DNA of 63,692 nucleotides, counting the filler, from Collodictyon triciliatum (Eukaryota): assembly GCA_043381765.1 (NCBI GenBank). It is 9 parts of 9 records of this genome, joined end to end, with 100 filler letters (N's around TTAATTAATTAA, not from the genome) between each part and the next. Parts side by side here need not be neighbours in the genome. Positions count along the whole stretch, not along the records: positions 7,502 to 14,897 come from JBHJMP010003918.1; positions 14,998 to 24,614 come from JBHJMP010003919.1; 7 more parts are not named here. The stretch is one strand, 5' to 3'. Below are positions 10,701-21,000 of the stretch, piece after piece; position 1 is the first letter of the stretch; each line of letters opens with the position of its first letter. Both the position numbers and the translations under genes were made by a program. The notes below the pieces were generated by a model. It searched no databases. It saw only the letters and a list, made by a program, of their open reading frames with translations, and had not been told where the DNA came from.

Positions 10701-13700
10701 TGTATTTCATCTGCATCGATCTAAGGAAGTAGCTTAATGCAGTTTCTCTGTTTGGTGCGACAGACCATCCGTTCAGGTAGCATAATCCCATGTGGTGATG
10801 CGCCTTTTGAGGATAAATGGAGCACAGACGCGTCAGTCCTGCAATACCACTCCTGATTCCAAGCTTACATGCATTGGAGAAATGATGTGTGGCTTTTTCG
10901 TAGTCTATCGGTAATCCGTTACCTTTGGAATACATCGACCCTAGAAGTTCATGAGATAAACCACACGATTGATTCGATGCTTTTATTGCCCAGTCAAATA
11001 CTTTGTCCCATCGGAAAGATTCCCCAACTTTTACTAATGAGTAAGCCACAGCTACCTGATACTGGGATATTGGCGAACCTTGTTCTGCCAACCCTTCTAA
11101 CTTAGATAGTGCAAAAGGAGAAAGCTGCTCATCTACATATATGACCTTCATGTACCAAAATAAAGCCTTTTCTTCATTTTGAGATGTTCCAATGCCATTC
11201 TCGAAGCATATAGCAAGCTCATACATCGATTTGGCATCGCCAATAATGGCACCCTTTTCGAAGCTCTGAAAAGCAAGGGAAGTGTTTTCACCCACTGACA
11301 AACCTTTGTAGTAACACAATCCAAGCATATACCATGCATAGGCATAGCCCATTTGTGCGATGTCTTCTAATTTTTTAAAAGCGAGCGGGAAGTCATTTTT
11401 GCAAATCTGAAACAAAACATCTGCTATGGATTTTATCGAGACTTCAACAGTTGGGTAATACAGACTGTAACAAGCAGAAATATATAGACCCCAGGGATTT
11501 TTCTCCGATGAAAGTTGCTTCGTTTCCTCTTTGGCTTCATCGCATCCTTCCATGGTAGCCTGATACAGTAATTCCATGGATTTATCCAAGTCAATGTCAA
11601 TATTCCCTACCCCCAAAGCATGCACCTGGCTTAGCAAATATTTTGCATATGCATTTTGTTTTTCAGTGGCATGATGTTGAATTCGATCATATGCCTCTTT
11701 ATGTCCCATTTCAAAAGCACAGTAGTAATAATCCAACGCCAGCCGAAAAATCTTTTGGTGTACTATACCGAGTTCGTACAATCTGCCCATACAAAAAAGC
11801 GATCGTGCATCTTTCTCTAAGCAATATTTCTGGATGAAATCCAAAGAAAGCTCTTCACCTAACAAAGCAGACTCTGTAAAATACTGAATGGCTTTTTCTC
11901 GATCTTTTTTATGTATTAAGCCCCTTTCATATAGACGTCCGATGAAATGAATAGCGAGCTTTTCTTTTTTTTCTGACAGTCTCTCAAGCTCTTGCATAGA
12001 TATGATATCATTCATTTCAGTCGCATTGTAATAGCATCGCACAGCCTCTCGGATATCAACACCAGTCTGATATCCATTTTCGTGACAGTATCCTAGGTGG
12101 CGCATTGCAAAGGTATTTGTTTTGGAAAGTTTTTCTAGCTCTCTGAAACCACTGAGAACTCTGTTCTGTGCTGAGCGAAAATACCATAAAATGTAATTCT
12201 CTGGAGGTGAATTGTATTGCTCATGGGTTTGCATGTAGCGGCCCATGTAATACTGAGCCAACCCATTGTTGCTTTCAGCAATTGGTTTGATGTATTCAAA
12301 TGCATCATGGTTTCCATTCAGTAGGCAGAAGCTGATATGGTCCAACGCTTCATTCTTGTTGACTGGGCATCCAAGTCCTTCCCACATCATTTTGCCTAGA
12401 GCAAATTCTGTATGCACATTTTTATTTTTCGACGATTTTATCAGATTGAATGCCTTCGAATAATCAGCCGGAACATAGTTTCCATTGAAATAAATTAGAC
12501 CTAGCTCAGACATTGCAATATCATCTTTTTTCTCGGATGAGGATGTGAATAAATCAAAAGCTTGTTTCATATCCCTTTCCACAAAAATACCATCCTTGTA
12601 TAAAAATGCCAATTTACGCTGTCCTGCAGCATTTCCGGCCGAAGAAGCCTGCTTGTAATTCTCAAAAGCTCGTTTTAGATCTTTCGAAATTTTTTCACCC
12701 TTTTCATAAATCTCGCCAAGAGCCAAGAAGGCCTTTACATGAGACTGTGCCGCTGCTAGGTTGTAGTATATGATAGCTAGGTGAATATCTGATACAAGAC
12801 CAAAAATTCCATGTTCGTGATAATGTCCATACAAATATTGAGATTTGGCATATCCTGTATGTGAAGAGTACTTTATGAGTGATGTGAATTTTTTTGGATC
12901 TTGGTCCTCTATGTGTTCATTCAAGCATATCTTTCCAAGTTTATATTGAGCGCTGGGGTGACCGCTGTATGCTGCTCTCTTCAGATAAAAAACGGCTTTT
13001 TCATTGTTCTTTCTACCCCGAAGCTTGATGTAGTACGCTCCAAGGAGGAACGATGCTTCTATTCCTCCTTTGTCACTGGCTTTCGTCCACGAGACTACAC
13101 ATCTGTCCGCTTCAGTGTGATGGACATCCTTTCTTAGAGCCAGTCCATGGTATGTCATGGGAAATACATCCTCACCTTCCCCAATCTTGGCTAAGTAGTG
13201 TGCATCAATATGATCTCCTTTGAGGATATTCCAGTATTTCAAAAACAAAAGGATAAGTTTTTGGGTTTCTCTTTTCATCGTTTTAGAAGTAAAATGGTAG
13301 GAAAAACTCTTGAGGGATTCTTGAATCATCAATTTATGTTCGTCAGAGTATTTTTGTGGGCATCTGTTTAAATAAGTTTTTAATGTCTGACAAGTATCCT
13401 TGAAAGATGGCTTTGGTAAAAAGCTCGGGAATTCTCTGTAAACAAAATGCCGTAATACGCAGACGGTAAATTCGTTTGTACAATCTTCACAGAATCGGCA
13501 AAAAAGGTCGAAAAGCCTATCGGATTTGCGAGCGATATTTGCACATAATATTTCAAATGCAACTTGTGTATCCTTTTCTTCATTTCGAACAGATATTGAG
13601 TCGTAAAAGTTCTCTGCTTGAGCCTGAAAATCTTTCGAATAATCATCCAATATAATTGAGTTTCTCTTGGTAGCAATATCAACAATCTGAGGACCATTAT

Positions 13701-14832
13701 AATCTTTTGAATTGATTTCGTATATCAAAATGGGATATCTTGTTATTTTTGGATGTGCCAATAGATCTTCCTTTGACATAAAGTCCACATAATCTATGTG
13801 TCTGAAACGAGGAAAGCATCCACGAATCGAGGCTAAGCTAGCCTGGTCTTTGTAAGTTCTAATGATGCACAAGGCGTCGTAGATATTGCCGATCGATGCT
13901 CTGCAATCTGGATTGCTTTTTAGGCACGCTCTTATAACCGTAATGATTGAAATGGGAATACTGGGCGATATGATGTGAGATTGAGGGGCTTTGGATTGCT
14001 TGGTTATTTGGTCATAGCTCAATCCCTCGTAGGGCACGTAGCCACTAAATAGTGCCAAGGTCACGAGACCAAAAGAGTAAATATCTTCCGATTCGTCAAC
14101 GTATCCGCTCTTAATTGCCTCAGGAGAGCTCCAATTGATGCAACGTGCTGCGACACTGGCCGAGAAGGTGTTATCTCTATGTGATTCACCCGTTGAAACA
14201 CTTTTGTCATCTTCGGGGAGATGTCCAAGCCTTGCTAAGTCCTTAAAGCTGGTAGACAAAGAGTTCGCATCAAGTGGTATTTGCGCAGTTGATGTGTGAG
14301 GCACTTGGCGTTCGTCAGACATGTTTGTGATACTCAAACCATTGGCCACACTTGGTTGATAGAAGACTCCATAATTCGTAAGCTTTATGCCTCTGTCAGA
14401 GACAAGAATGTTTGATGGGTTCAAGTTACCATGGCAAATGTGTGGACTCCATCCATGCAGAGCCTGTAGGCCCAAGCATAATTGAAAGGTGAACTCAACG
14501 AGTCTTTCGTGTGGGGGCGACCTTCCAACCCTGATTTCCTGGGCTATAAAGTCTTCCAGCAATCGCCCTTCTACAGCCTCTGTCACCATAAAAAGATCGG
14601 TTCCATCCACCTTGCAAAGCCCAACATACTCTGTGACGTTGGGATGGCGCACGCCGAAGTATGGCACAAGTGTTGCTACCATGTCTCTCTCGACAGCTGG
14701 GTTGTGAGCAGGATTGTCAGACCCACTGCCACACATTGGTTTCAAAAAAACTGGGCGAGATTCATAGGTTGCTGCGTAGGAAGCGCCGTGTGGAGAGCCA
14801 TCAAGGGCCAGGGGATTATCGACTTTGAGCAT
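7756..14832 (-). CDS. Large intronless protein: N-terminal kinase-like (pseudokinase) domain plus a long Sel1-like repeat array
   Basis: Single 7-kb ORF; first ATG at 14832, and a possible acceptor TTTTAG just upstream means it may be a terminal exon. Kinase motifs VFLK, HGNLNPSNILV, KLTNYG, WSSPE, DIYSFG. Many Sel1 units, e.g. AFLALGEIYEKGEKISKDLKRAFENYKQASSAGN and ALTSLGDCHMKGFGVRKSVDTAIEFYQKAASLG. Confidence 0.92.
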   Translation of the reverse strand: MLKVDNPLALDGSPHGASYAATYESRPVFLKPMCGSGSDNPAHNPAVERDMVATLVPYFGVRHPNVTEYVGLCKVDGTDLFMVTEAVEGRLLEDFIAQEIRVGRSPPHERLVEFTFQLCLGLQALHGWSPHICHGNLNPSNILVSDRGIKLTNYGVFYQPSVANGLSITNMSDERQVPHTSTAQIPLDANSLSTSFKDLARLGHLPEDDKSVSTGESHRDNTFSASVAARCINWSSPEAIKSGYVDESEDIYSFGLVTLALFSGYVPYEGLSYDQITKQSKAPQSHIISPSIPISIITVIRACLKSNPDCRASIGNIYDALCIIRTYKDQASLASIRGCFPRFRHIDYVDFMSKEDLLAHPKITRYPILIYEINSKDYNGPQIVDIATKRNSIILDDYSKDFQAQAENFYDSISVRNEEKDTQVAFEILCANIARKSDRLFDLFCRFCEDCTNEFTVCVLRHFVYREFPSFLPKPSFKDTCQTLKTYLNRCPQKYSDEHKLMIQESLKSFSYHFTSKTMKRETQKLILLFLKYWNILKGDHIDAHYLAKIGEGEDVFPMTYHGLALRKDVHHTEADRCVVSWTKASDKGGIEASFLLGAYYIKLRGRKNNEKAVFYLKRAAYSGHPSAQYKLGKICLNEHIEDQDPKKFTSLIKYSSHTGYAKSQYLYGHYHEHGIFGLVSDIHLAIIYYNLAAAQSHVKAFLALGEIYEKGEKISKDLKRAFENYKQASSAGNAAGQRKLAFLYKDGIFVERDMKQAFDLFTSSSEKKDDIAMSELGLIYFNGNYVPADYSKAFNLIKSSKNKNVHTEFALGKMMWEGLGCPVNKNEALDHISFCLLNGNHDAFEYIKPIAESNNGLAQYYMGRYMQTHEQYNSPPENYILWYFRSAQNRVLSGFRELEKLSKTNTFAMRHLGYCHENGYQTGVDIREAVRCYYNATEMNDIISMQELERLSEKKEKLAIHFIGRLYERGLIHKKDREKAIQYFTESALLGEELSLDFIQKYCLEKDARSLFCMGRLYELGIVHQKIFRLALDYYYCAFEMGHKEAYDRIQHHATEKQNAYAKYLLSQVHALGVGNIDIDLDKSMELLYQATMEGCDEAKEETKQLSSEKNPWGLYISACYSLYYPTVEVSIKSIADVLFQICKNDFPLAFKKLEDIAQMGYAYAWYMLGLCYYKGLSVGENTSLAFQSFEKGAIIGDAKSMYELAICFENGIGTSQNEEKALFWYMKVIYVDEQLSPFALSKLEGLAEQGSPISQYQVAVAYSLVKVGESFRWDKVFDWAIKASNQSCGLSHELLGSMYSKGNGLPIDYEKATHHFSNACKLGIRSGIAGLTRLCSIYPQKAHHHMGLCYLNGWSVAPNRETALSYFLRSMQMKYKPSFDAIHELAQGGFASAIVYIGDAYTNGLCVKQDWYTAIDWYLTAAKQGHKEALTKLVKMEEKGHIKAIISMGMLYETGVIVSLDLNIAVEKYHRCASMNNQEGYSKIEHHANAGVPSAMYYKGVCFELGHCVEQNFYDAAQCYYKAALEKYEPAVQQLEVLAGYGISQAIFLFAEILDTEYRSTYSQPQKAGEYYFKAAKSGIVEAITRLERLNSKSDPSSFRYLGLCYYEGHCVEQSTSRAVDLYYMGYILGDRECLPLMEKLCILEYGYGLLKLSQIYDQQKEFLEQSEVIWEVKRRAFLNGELIDRNDLAKLAAQDHSSLKDIASYFDSIGVYKSELNTTEVIDGSSSFSPECSQQSSYDGYSSDVFPPDSTYFIENTTSRRKFVNTYQQYDRNGLMLSNLPEILKRDIFITFKRALECFSIGKYILSFKIVRSCIQLQPLHYGCHLLMRMLFTIHPQLAHGNYEFEVVQEIDRILRHKIPFDKEFDKLLKDLYVRNRVVKSIWGITCVSFYGEYCLSLGRFNEAIECFAYAIEYFDVWSTYRIVSDRSRTLCSLQIGKSSLSLIEPFLTLSVPCMQFEAANLVEYSKDQKILDSRTDLLKNAAKMKYVPALYELGKLYEGLKDEKNLEESVELYSLGGQMGSRECLESLFRILKDNAYSRALDRIREIGFKGLLFVQKALGDYYSKERHGVLNYEEGCRWYELSAQRGYEPSLAELKSLCIKGIPEAFHITSRLAQQGFTKAREALITHAKCDRKPAFDAIYRSARRNCKRGIQDMAELIESNSLQSIGDLDDFANGSIRTQNLLAKCYKEGIGTRVDPKESHKWLFKSASLAHGESEYLYGEYLEKGFGVPMNVEKACEMYRSSVKHGVSDAVNRIHALASFGTGCAWWNLGLIYASFPKYLNPEQAFVSFTIAANSGYVPALTSLGDCHMKGFGVRKSVDTAIEFYQKAASLGDKEAFSRLRSHSELTGIDYD

Positions 14833-14897
14833 GATCAAAAACCTAAAAGTGTTTTTTTTTTTTTTTTTTTTTTTTTTCCCCTTTTTTTTTTTTTTTT

Positions 14898-14997
14898 NNN
14901 NNNNNNNNNNNNNNNNNNNNNNNNNNNNNNNNNNNNNNNNNTTAATTAATTAANNNNNNNNNNNNNNNNNNNNNNNNNNNNNNNNNNNNNNNNNNNN
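14898..14997. other. Artificial contig-joining spacer
   Basis: 44 N + TTAATTAATTAA + 44 N. Confidence 0.98.
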
Positions 14998-15141
14998 TTT
15001 GTTTGTTTGTTTGTTTGTTTGTTTGTTTGTTTGTTTGTTTGTTTGTTTGTTTGTTTGTTTGTTTGTTTGTTTGTTTGTTAATATTATCCTAATAAACCCT
15101 TTTTCGCGTTTTCATTCCACTCATTTTCTATGCTTGCCCAG

Positions 15142-15461
15142 ATTCAACGGCTGCTCGATATCTGCAACCAGCTGATTGGAATTGAGTCAGACAGGACTTT
15201 GAACGAATCAGACATTTCAAAGTTTTTTGTAGATGAATACTACATGAATCGTTTGGTTTGTGGCATCCTCGTTAATATATACAAAAGGCATGAGCAATAA
15301 TAACAATGAAAATAATGAAAAAAAAATGGAAAAACAAAGAAAAAGAAACACATAATCTGTGTGCTTAATGCTGCGACTCATTTCTTTGAAAACAAATACA
15401 GAACTTTGTCGAGTTTTCCGCCAGTCATCCGGTACTTCGAGTCTTTTTCCCTCAGGAATAG
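15142..15461 (+). CDS. Last two exons of a hypothetical gene (5' partial), weakly EF-hand-like C-terminus
   Basis: Exons 15142-15255 and 15402-15461 join in phase 0: IQRLLDICNQLIGIESDRTLNESDISKFFVDEYYMNRL|NFVEFSASHPVLRVFFPQE*. Confidence 0.4.
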
Positions 15462-15904
15462 ATTGGCAGTAATGATGTATGAATGATGGGCATCCTCCTT
15501 AACAAAAGACAAAAAAAACCGAGATGTGGTAATTTCTTCCTCTTTTTTTTTCTCATCTTCCTTTCCATGGTTCCTTGAGCTCTTACCGAATGAATACTTA
15601 TGTTGCTGTCTGTCAAAACAAAACAAAAAACAGAACAAAAGCAAAAAGAGAGAGAGAGAGAACAAAGAAAGAAAACACATTGAATGAAATTAATGAGCAA
15701 ATAAAAGCCGTCACGTTGTCCTGCAATCAACCGGTGCCAATATCTCAACAAAGTTGGCCTCCTTTTTCTGTCTCTCTCCTTTTCTTTTATCTTTCCGAAA
15801 ATATGTTTGTAAATATCTAAACCGTTTATTTCAGTATCAAAAATGAAATAAAATAAAATAAAATGGGCAAGGTAGGATTCAGAGAGATGAATAATGATAA
15901 ATTT

Positions 15905-15914
15905 AGAAAAGAGA

Positions 15915-16008
<94 letters not shown>

Positions 16009-16190
16009 GAAAAGAAAAAGAGAAAGAAAGAAAGAAAGAAAAAGAAAAAGAGAAAGAAAGATGAAAAGAAAAAGAGAAAGAGAAAGAGAAAGAAAGAAAA
16101 GAAAAAGAAAAAGAGAAAGAAAGAAAGAAAAAGAAAAAGAGAAAGAAAGAAAGAAAAAGAGAAAGAAAGAAAGATGGAAGGAAGGAAGAA
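15905..16190. repeat. (GAAA)n / polypurine low-complexity tract
   Basis: Direct reading; source of the spurious K/E/R-rich and F/L/S-rich ORFs. Confidence 0.9.
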
Positions 16191-16298
16191 AATGGAGAGC
16201 GAGCAGCGAGAACAAAAATCCCGAGAGAAGAGATGAAAAACACTGGAGCTGAGATATCCACAACACCGAACCAAAAATCGCATCCACGTCGCCGATGC

Positions 16299-16557
16299 TT
16301 AGTGGAATGGCGTCACAACGTTTTCCTGATTCCCCCGAACGAAAACCACGCGGGGAAGACCTTTGGAAAGCTCCTCCAGAATCTGGAGATATTGATTGCT
16401 CGTCGTGCTGCGCTTTGGAACCGGTGGCGTTCTAGACCGCATAGTAAATCAGCAGGGGAACACACATATCAATCCGCTTCATGTATATCATCGCATCAGG
16501 AAAGCCGGTTCACGGAATGAAGAAGAAAGCAGAAGGAAGGAAGGAATGAAGAAGAAG

Positions 16558-16652
<95 letters not shown>

Positions 16653-17221
16653 CNNNNNNNNNNNNNNNNNNNNNNNNNNNNNNNNNNNNNNNNNNNNNNN
16701 NNNNNNNNNNNNNNNNNNNNNNNNNNNNNNNNNNNNNNNNNNNNNNNNNNNNNNNNNNNNNNNNNNNNNNNNNNNNNNNNNNNNNNNNNNNNNNNNNNNN
16801 NNNNNNNNNNNNNNNNNNNNNNNNNNNNNNNNNNNNNNNNNNNNNNNNNNNNNNNNNNNNNNNNNNNNNNNNNNNNNNNNNNNNNNNNNNNNNNNNNNNN
16901 NNNNNNNNNNNNNNNNNNNNNNNNNNNNNNNNNNNNNNNNNNNNNNNNNNNNNNNNNNNNNNNNNNNNNNNNNNNNNNNNNNNNNNNNNNNNNNNNNNNN
17001 NNNNNNNNNNNNNNNNNNNNNNNNNNNNNNNNNNNNNNNNNNNNNNNNNNNNNNNNNNNNNNNNNNNNNNNNNNNNNNNNNNNNNNNNNNNNNNNNNNNN
17101 NNNNNNNNNNNNNNNNNNNNNNNNNNNNNNNNNNNNNNNNNNNNNNNNNNNNNNNNNNNNNNNNNNNNNNNNNNNNNNNNNNNNNNNNNNNNNNNNNNNN
17201 NNNNNNNNNNNNNNNNNNNNN

Positions 17222-17293
<72 letters not shown>

Positions 17294-17943
17294 TTTGATA
17301 CAATTTCTTATTAATTCTAGTGTTTGATTTCAAAACAGTGAGATTTTAGAATGTATGAGCTTTTTTCAATAGAATATGTAGAAAGGTATGGGCGATTGTT
17401 TTATTTCATTTTTTTTCATATAAAAAATTACGACTGCATGTCGCCAGAAAATAAGGAATCGGAGACTACCACTACATCTGCTTTTATTCGAAGTTTGGCC
17501 ATCAGCTGTCTCATTTGAGACTGAAACAAGTTTCCGTCGCTAGGTAATCCACTACGAAATTATTTGTCAGTACTTTCAACAGTCGCTTTTTTTTCTTTTT
17601 CTTGATTGATACGATTTCAGCACTATAGAGATGTAACTGACAAAAAAATTCGACAACAAAAAACAAAAAACAAAAAACAAAAAACAAAAAAAAACAAAAA
17701 ACCTAGGACAAAGAACTCTAAGTTTCGTAAGTCTCCATTTTGATTTCAACCGAAGCAAATGCGGAAGCAGAATAGTCAAACCTGTAAAAAAATGCGATGA
17801 TAATGAATAGTTATGTATCTCGTTCTCATTTCAAAGCAATAATATCAAGGATATGTCCAATTCAGCATTATGGTTTAATATGAGGAAAGATCAAAATATC
17901 TGGGGGATATTGTTTTACGAATACTTTTAAAAAAAATAAAGCA

Positions 17944-18037
<94 letters not shown>

Positions 18038-21000
18038 GTCAATTAAGAGAAACATAATGAGTAAAAAAAAATAAATAGCGATGATAGTAATTCTCATCAC
18101 CCCCATCATCAGCTAGCCACCAAACATCGATTGTTCCGATTTTCCTTTCAAAGTCCAACCCACGATAATTTCTCATGATTGCAACCCCAAAGTTTGAATC
18201 AAATGCATCCTCAATGGCGCCAACGTATTCATCCAGTTCCTCTATCGAGCTGGAGATTCGGGAATAGCACAACGAGAGATGTTTAATACGTAAGGCACGC
18301 ACATAATATTCTTCTGTTCAAATGGGCGAAACCAGGCGCAGTTTTTGACGCAAAACTGAGGAAATTCACCAGTTCATCCAATCAGATTTGTATCCCATCA
18401 CTAGAGTGTTTGGACGAACTCCGCCAAGACCAGAAATCTGCAGCAGGCTTCGAACACCCTTTCGAAACGACTGCGCAACAACATAGTCCACAAAGGCATG
18501 AAACTGACCATGAAAAGAGAGGGTGAGAGGAAAAGATTGCCGAAATGATTACTCAAATGCAAAATAATAGTTCATGTACTCAACAAAATGCTCTTATGAA
18601 ATAAACAGTATTTGTGGAGGAAAGGACAAACTCCTCCATTGCGGTAGATCGGGTTAGAATTCCGCTTTGAAATCCATTCATTTTGACTATATTAGAATTT
18701 GAAATTTTAAGCATAATCCCACTAAAATCAAGTTTGCGAATAGATGAAATAAAAAGGAGTAAAAATAGGGACGTTTTCTGTGAACAAAAAGAGTTTGCTC
18801 TCAAAGGCATGGAAAATAGAAGATGCTAATGAATCAATAATAATTACAGGTCTGAAAAATCTCCTATAAGAATGTTTGCAGTGATGAATAGGCTTCTGCT
18901 TTTCATTTGATGAAAAAATCGCACCAACTCATCTCTATTTTTGATATCTCCGGCCAATACAAGGAATTGAGGTCTTGAGTGAAGAGTGGAAAATTACAGT
19001 AAGAAAAGAAAAGTGGCAACAAACATAGAAAGGATTCGAGGATGATAAACACGATTTGAGTTGCAGTGAGACCTAAATATTTTTGCATTCTCTTTGATAT
19101 CTTGAAACTCGAGCGAGTCTTCTAAAGCATCGACATAGAGCCTTGAGTGAGCGGCAGAACCCTGCAATTTGGAATGTGAAGCGGTGCGTAATATATCTTG
19201 GTAAGTCAAATCAGTAACGTGATATATGAGATAGCAATATATATTTCACATTTTTTTATTTATACTTTTCGTGTGCATACCCAATTAACGGGAGGTTTGC
19301 GAATGACGATGGTGTAATAAATAGCTACGAGAATGCTAATTGCGACCAAAGAGATAATCCTATTTCGATCGGAACAAAATAGTAGGGAAACGAATGTTAT
19401 GTATTATCGAGCGTTTCCTTTTCATGGTCCTTTACACAATAGCGCACAAACCAGTTGATGAGAAACATGGTCGCCAAACACAGCAGTCCACCGCAGAAAG
19501 AGAATGCAGGATGAAAGTACTTGAAGGTTGGGCGCCACCCAGGTGATCTACATATATTTTATCCATTTCAGAATATTATCTAAGTCAATACTAAAATAGG
19601 AGGGGGTTAAGTAACTTCAAAGTCTAATATGTTTTATTTTTTCTCTCCGTTTTTCTCAAAAAAGTTTTCTTTACTGGACATCAATAATAATAATTCATTT
19701 CATCACCTAGATACTGATACAGCAAAGCAAGCATAATTGACGAGTCCATACGACGCCAGGAACAGAATTGTAATCAAAGTCGCAATTGTGTTCAAAGAGC
19801 CTGTGAACCATGTATTTTTTTATACTTGAAATGACTACTCCACCCAGCACGATATATTATGCAAGTGCAGATTTTGCATTTGTCTTAACTGTTTTTTCTC
19901 CTTTTTTTTTTTTGAAAAAAATTGCAACGAAAAAATGAGTAAGGGGTTGCTTATCATATGCTAACCTATGAGGATGAAACACGTTGCGATAATGAAGGCG
20001 AGCGTGATGGCATAGACAGGCTCTTGTTTTTTGCCTTTTCTAATGTTTTATTTATTTGATTAGCCTTCATAAGAAAAATTATATGTATATGACAGTGTTG
20101 AGTTTTGGCTGTTTCAGAAAAGAATAGCCCAATTGAACCAAAAAAAAAACTGTTATTACGTTCTTGCAAATATATTGAGAATCGGGAAGATGCCATCAGC
20201 GCAAATAGCCTGAACAACTTGTTTGTCAATACCAATTTCATTACATTACAAGAGAAAGGTTGATTATATATACATATATACATATTATAAGTAAAACCAT
20301 GTAAATGTGTACCTGAAATACTCTAGGCGCACCGACTAGATTTCCTAACGCAGACGAAAGGCTTGCAGCGATGATTCCAACATAAAACAGAGGCCTCCAG
20401 GCTAAACACATCCAAATAATATTTTCCTTAGATGCTCACTCCAAAAGTCGGGTATCAAAACAAAATATAAATAAAGTGGCATAGCAGGAAAATATAAATT
20501 TAAACAATATTTATATTAATAGAAATAATAATGGTAAAAGAGATTACCTGTCATGTCTAACATAATCATGTAGTTCTTCAAAGTTCCTTCTCCATTTGGT
20601 GCCAATCTATACGATATAAAAAAAATTATGTTGATATTTTGCCACAACGAAACGAAAGAGAAAAAAAAGAAATAAGAATCCAGTTAACATCTAAAAATGT
20701 GCCTGCGGAAAACAAATACAAAGAGAAAAGAAAACGAATGTGATTTCCTAATCTGACACAAGTTGTTTTGACTTACTTCACAGTCGTAAAAGCTATAATC
20801 CAAGACAGCAAGAGATACGTTGAACTGGTCGTGCATATTGCGCCGAGTTCGCCTCTAGGGATGTCCTTTTTCGGATTCTGCATGGAAATAACCGTGAAGT
20901 GATTTAATAGACATTCACTATCAACATATGAATCTTGTAGGAGTGCAAGGATTTGAAATAGACTCTATTGTATCCCCGCATGAAAGTTAAGTACATATTT

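Noticed and set aside
15452-17333. Long ORFs rich in F/L/S, K/E/R, N, C/V or X
   Set aside because: They are translations of microsatellites and N gaps. The same applies to ORFs at 23145-23967, 30798-31334, 35199-35634, 53407-53732, 55451-55910 and 61831-62124.
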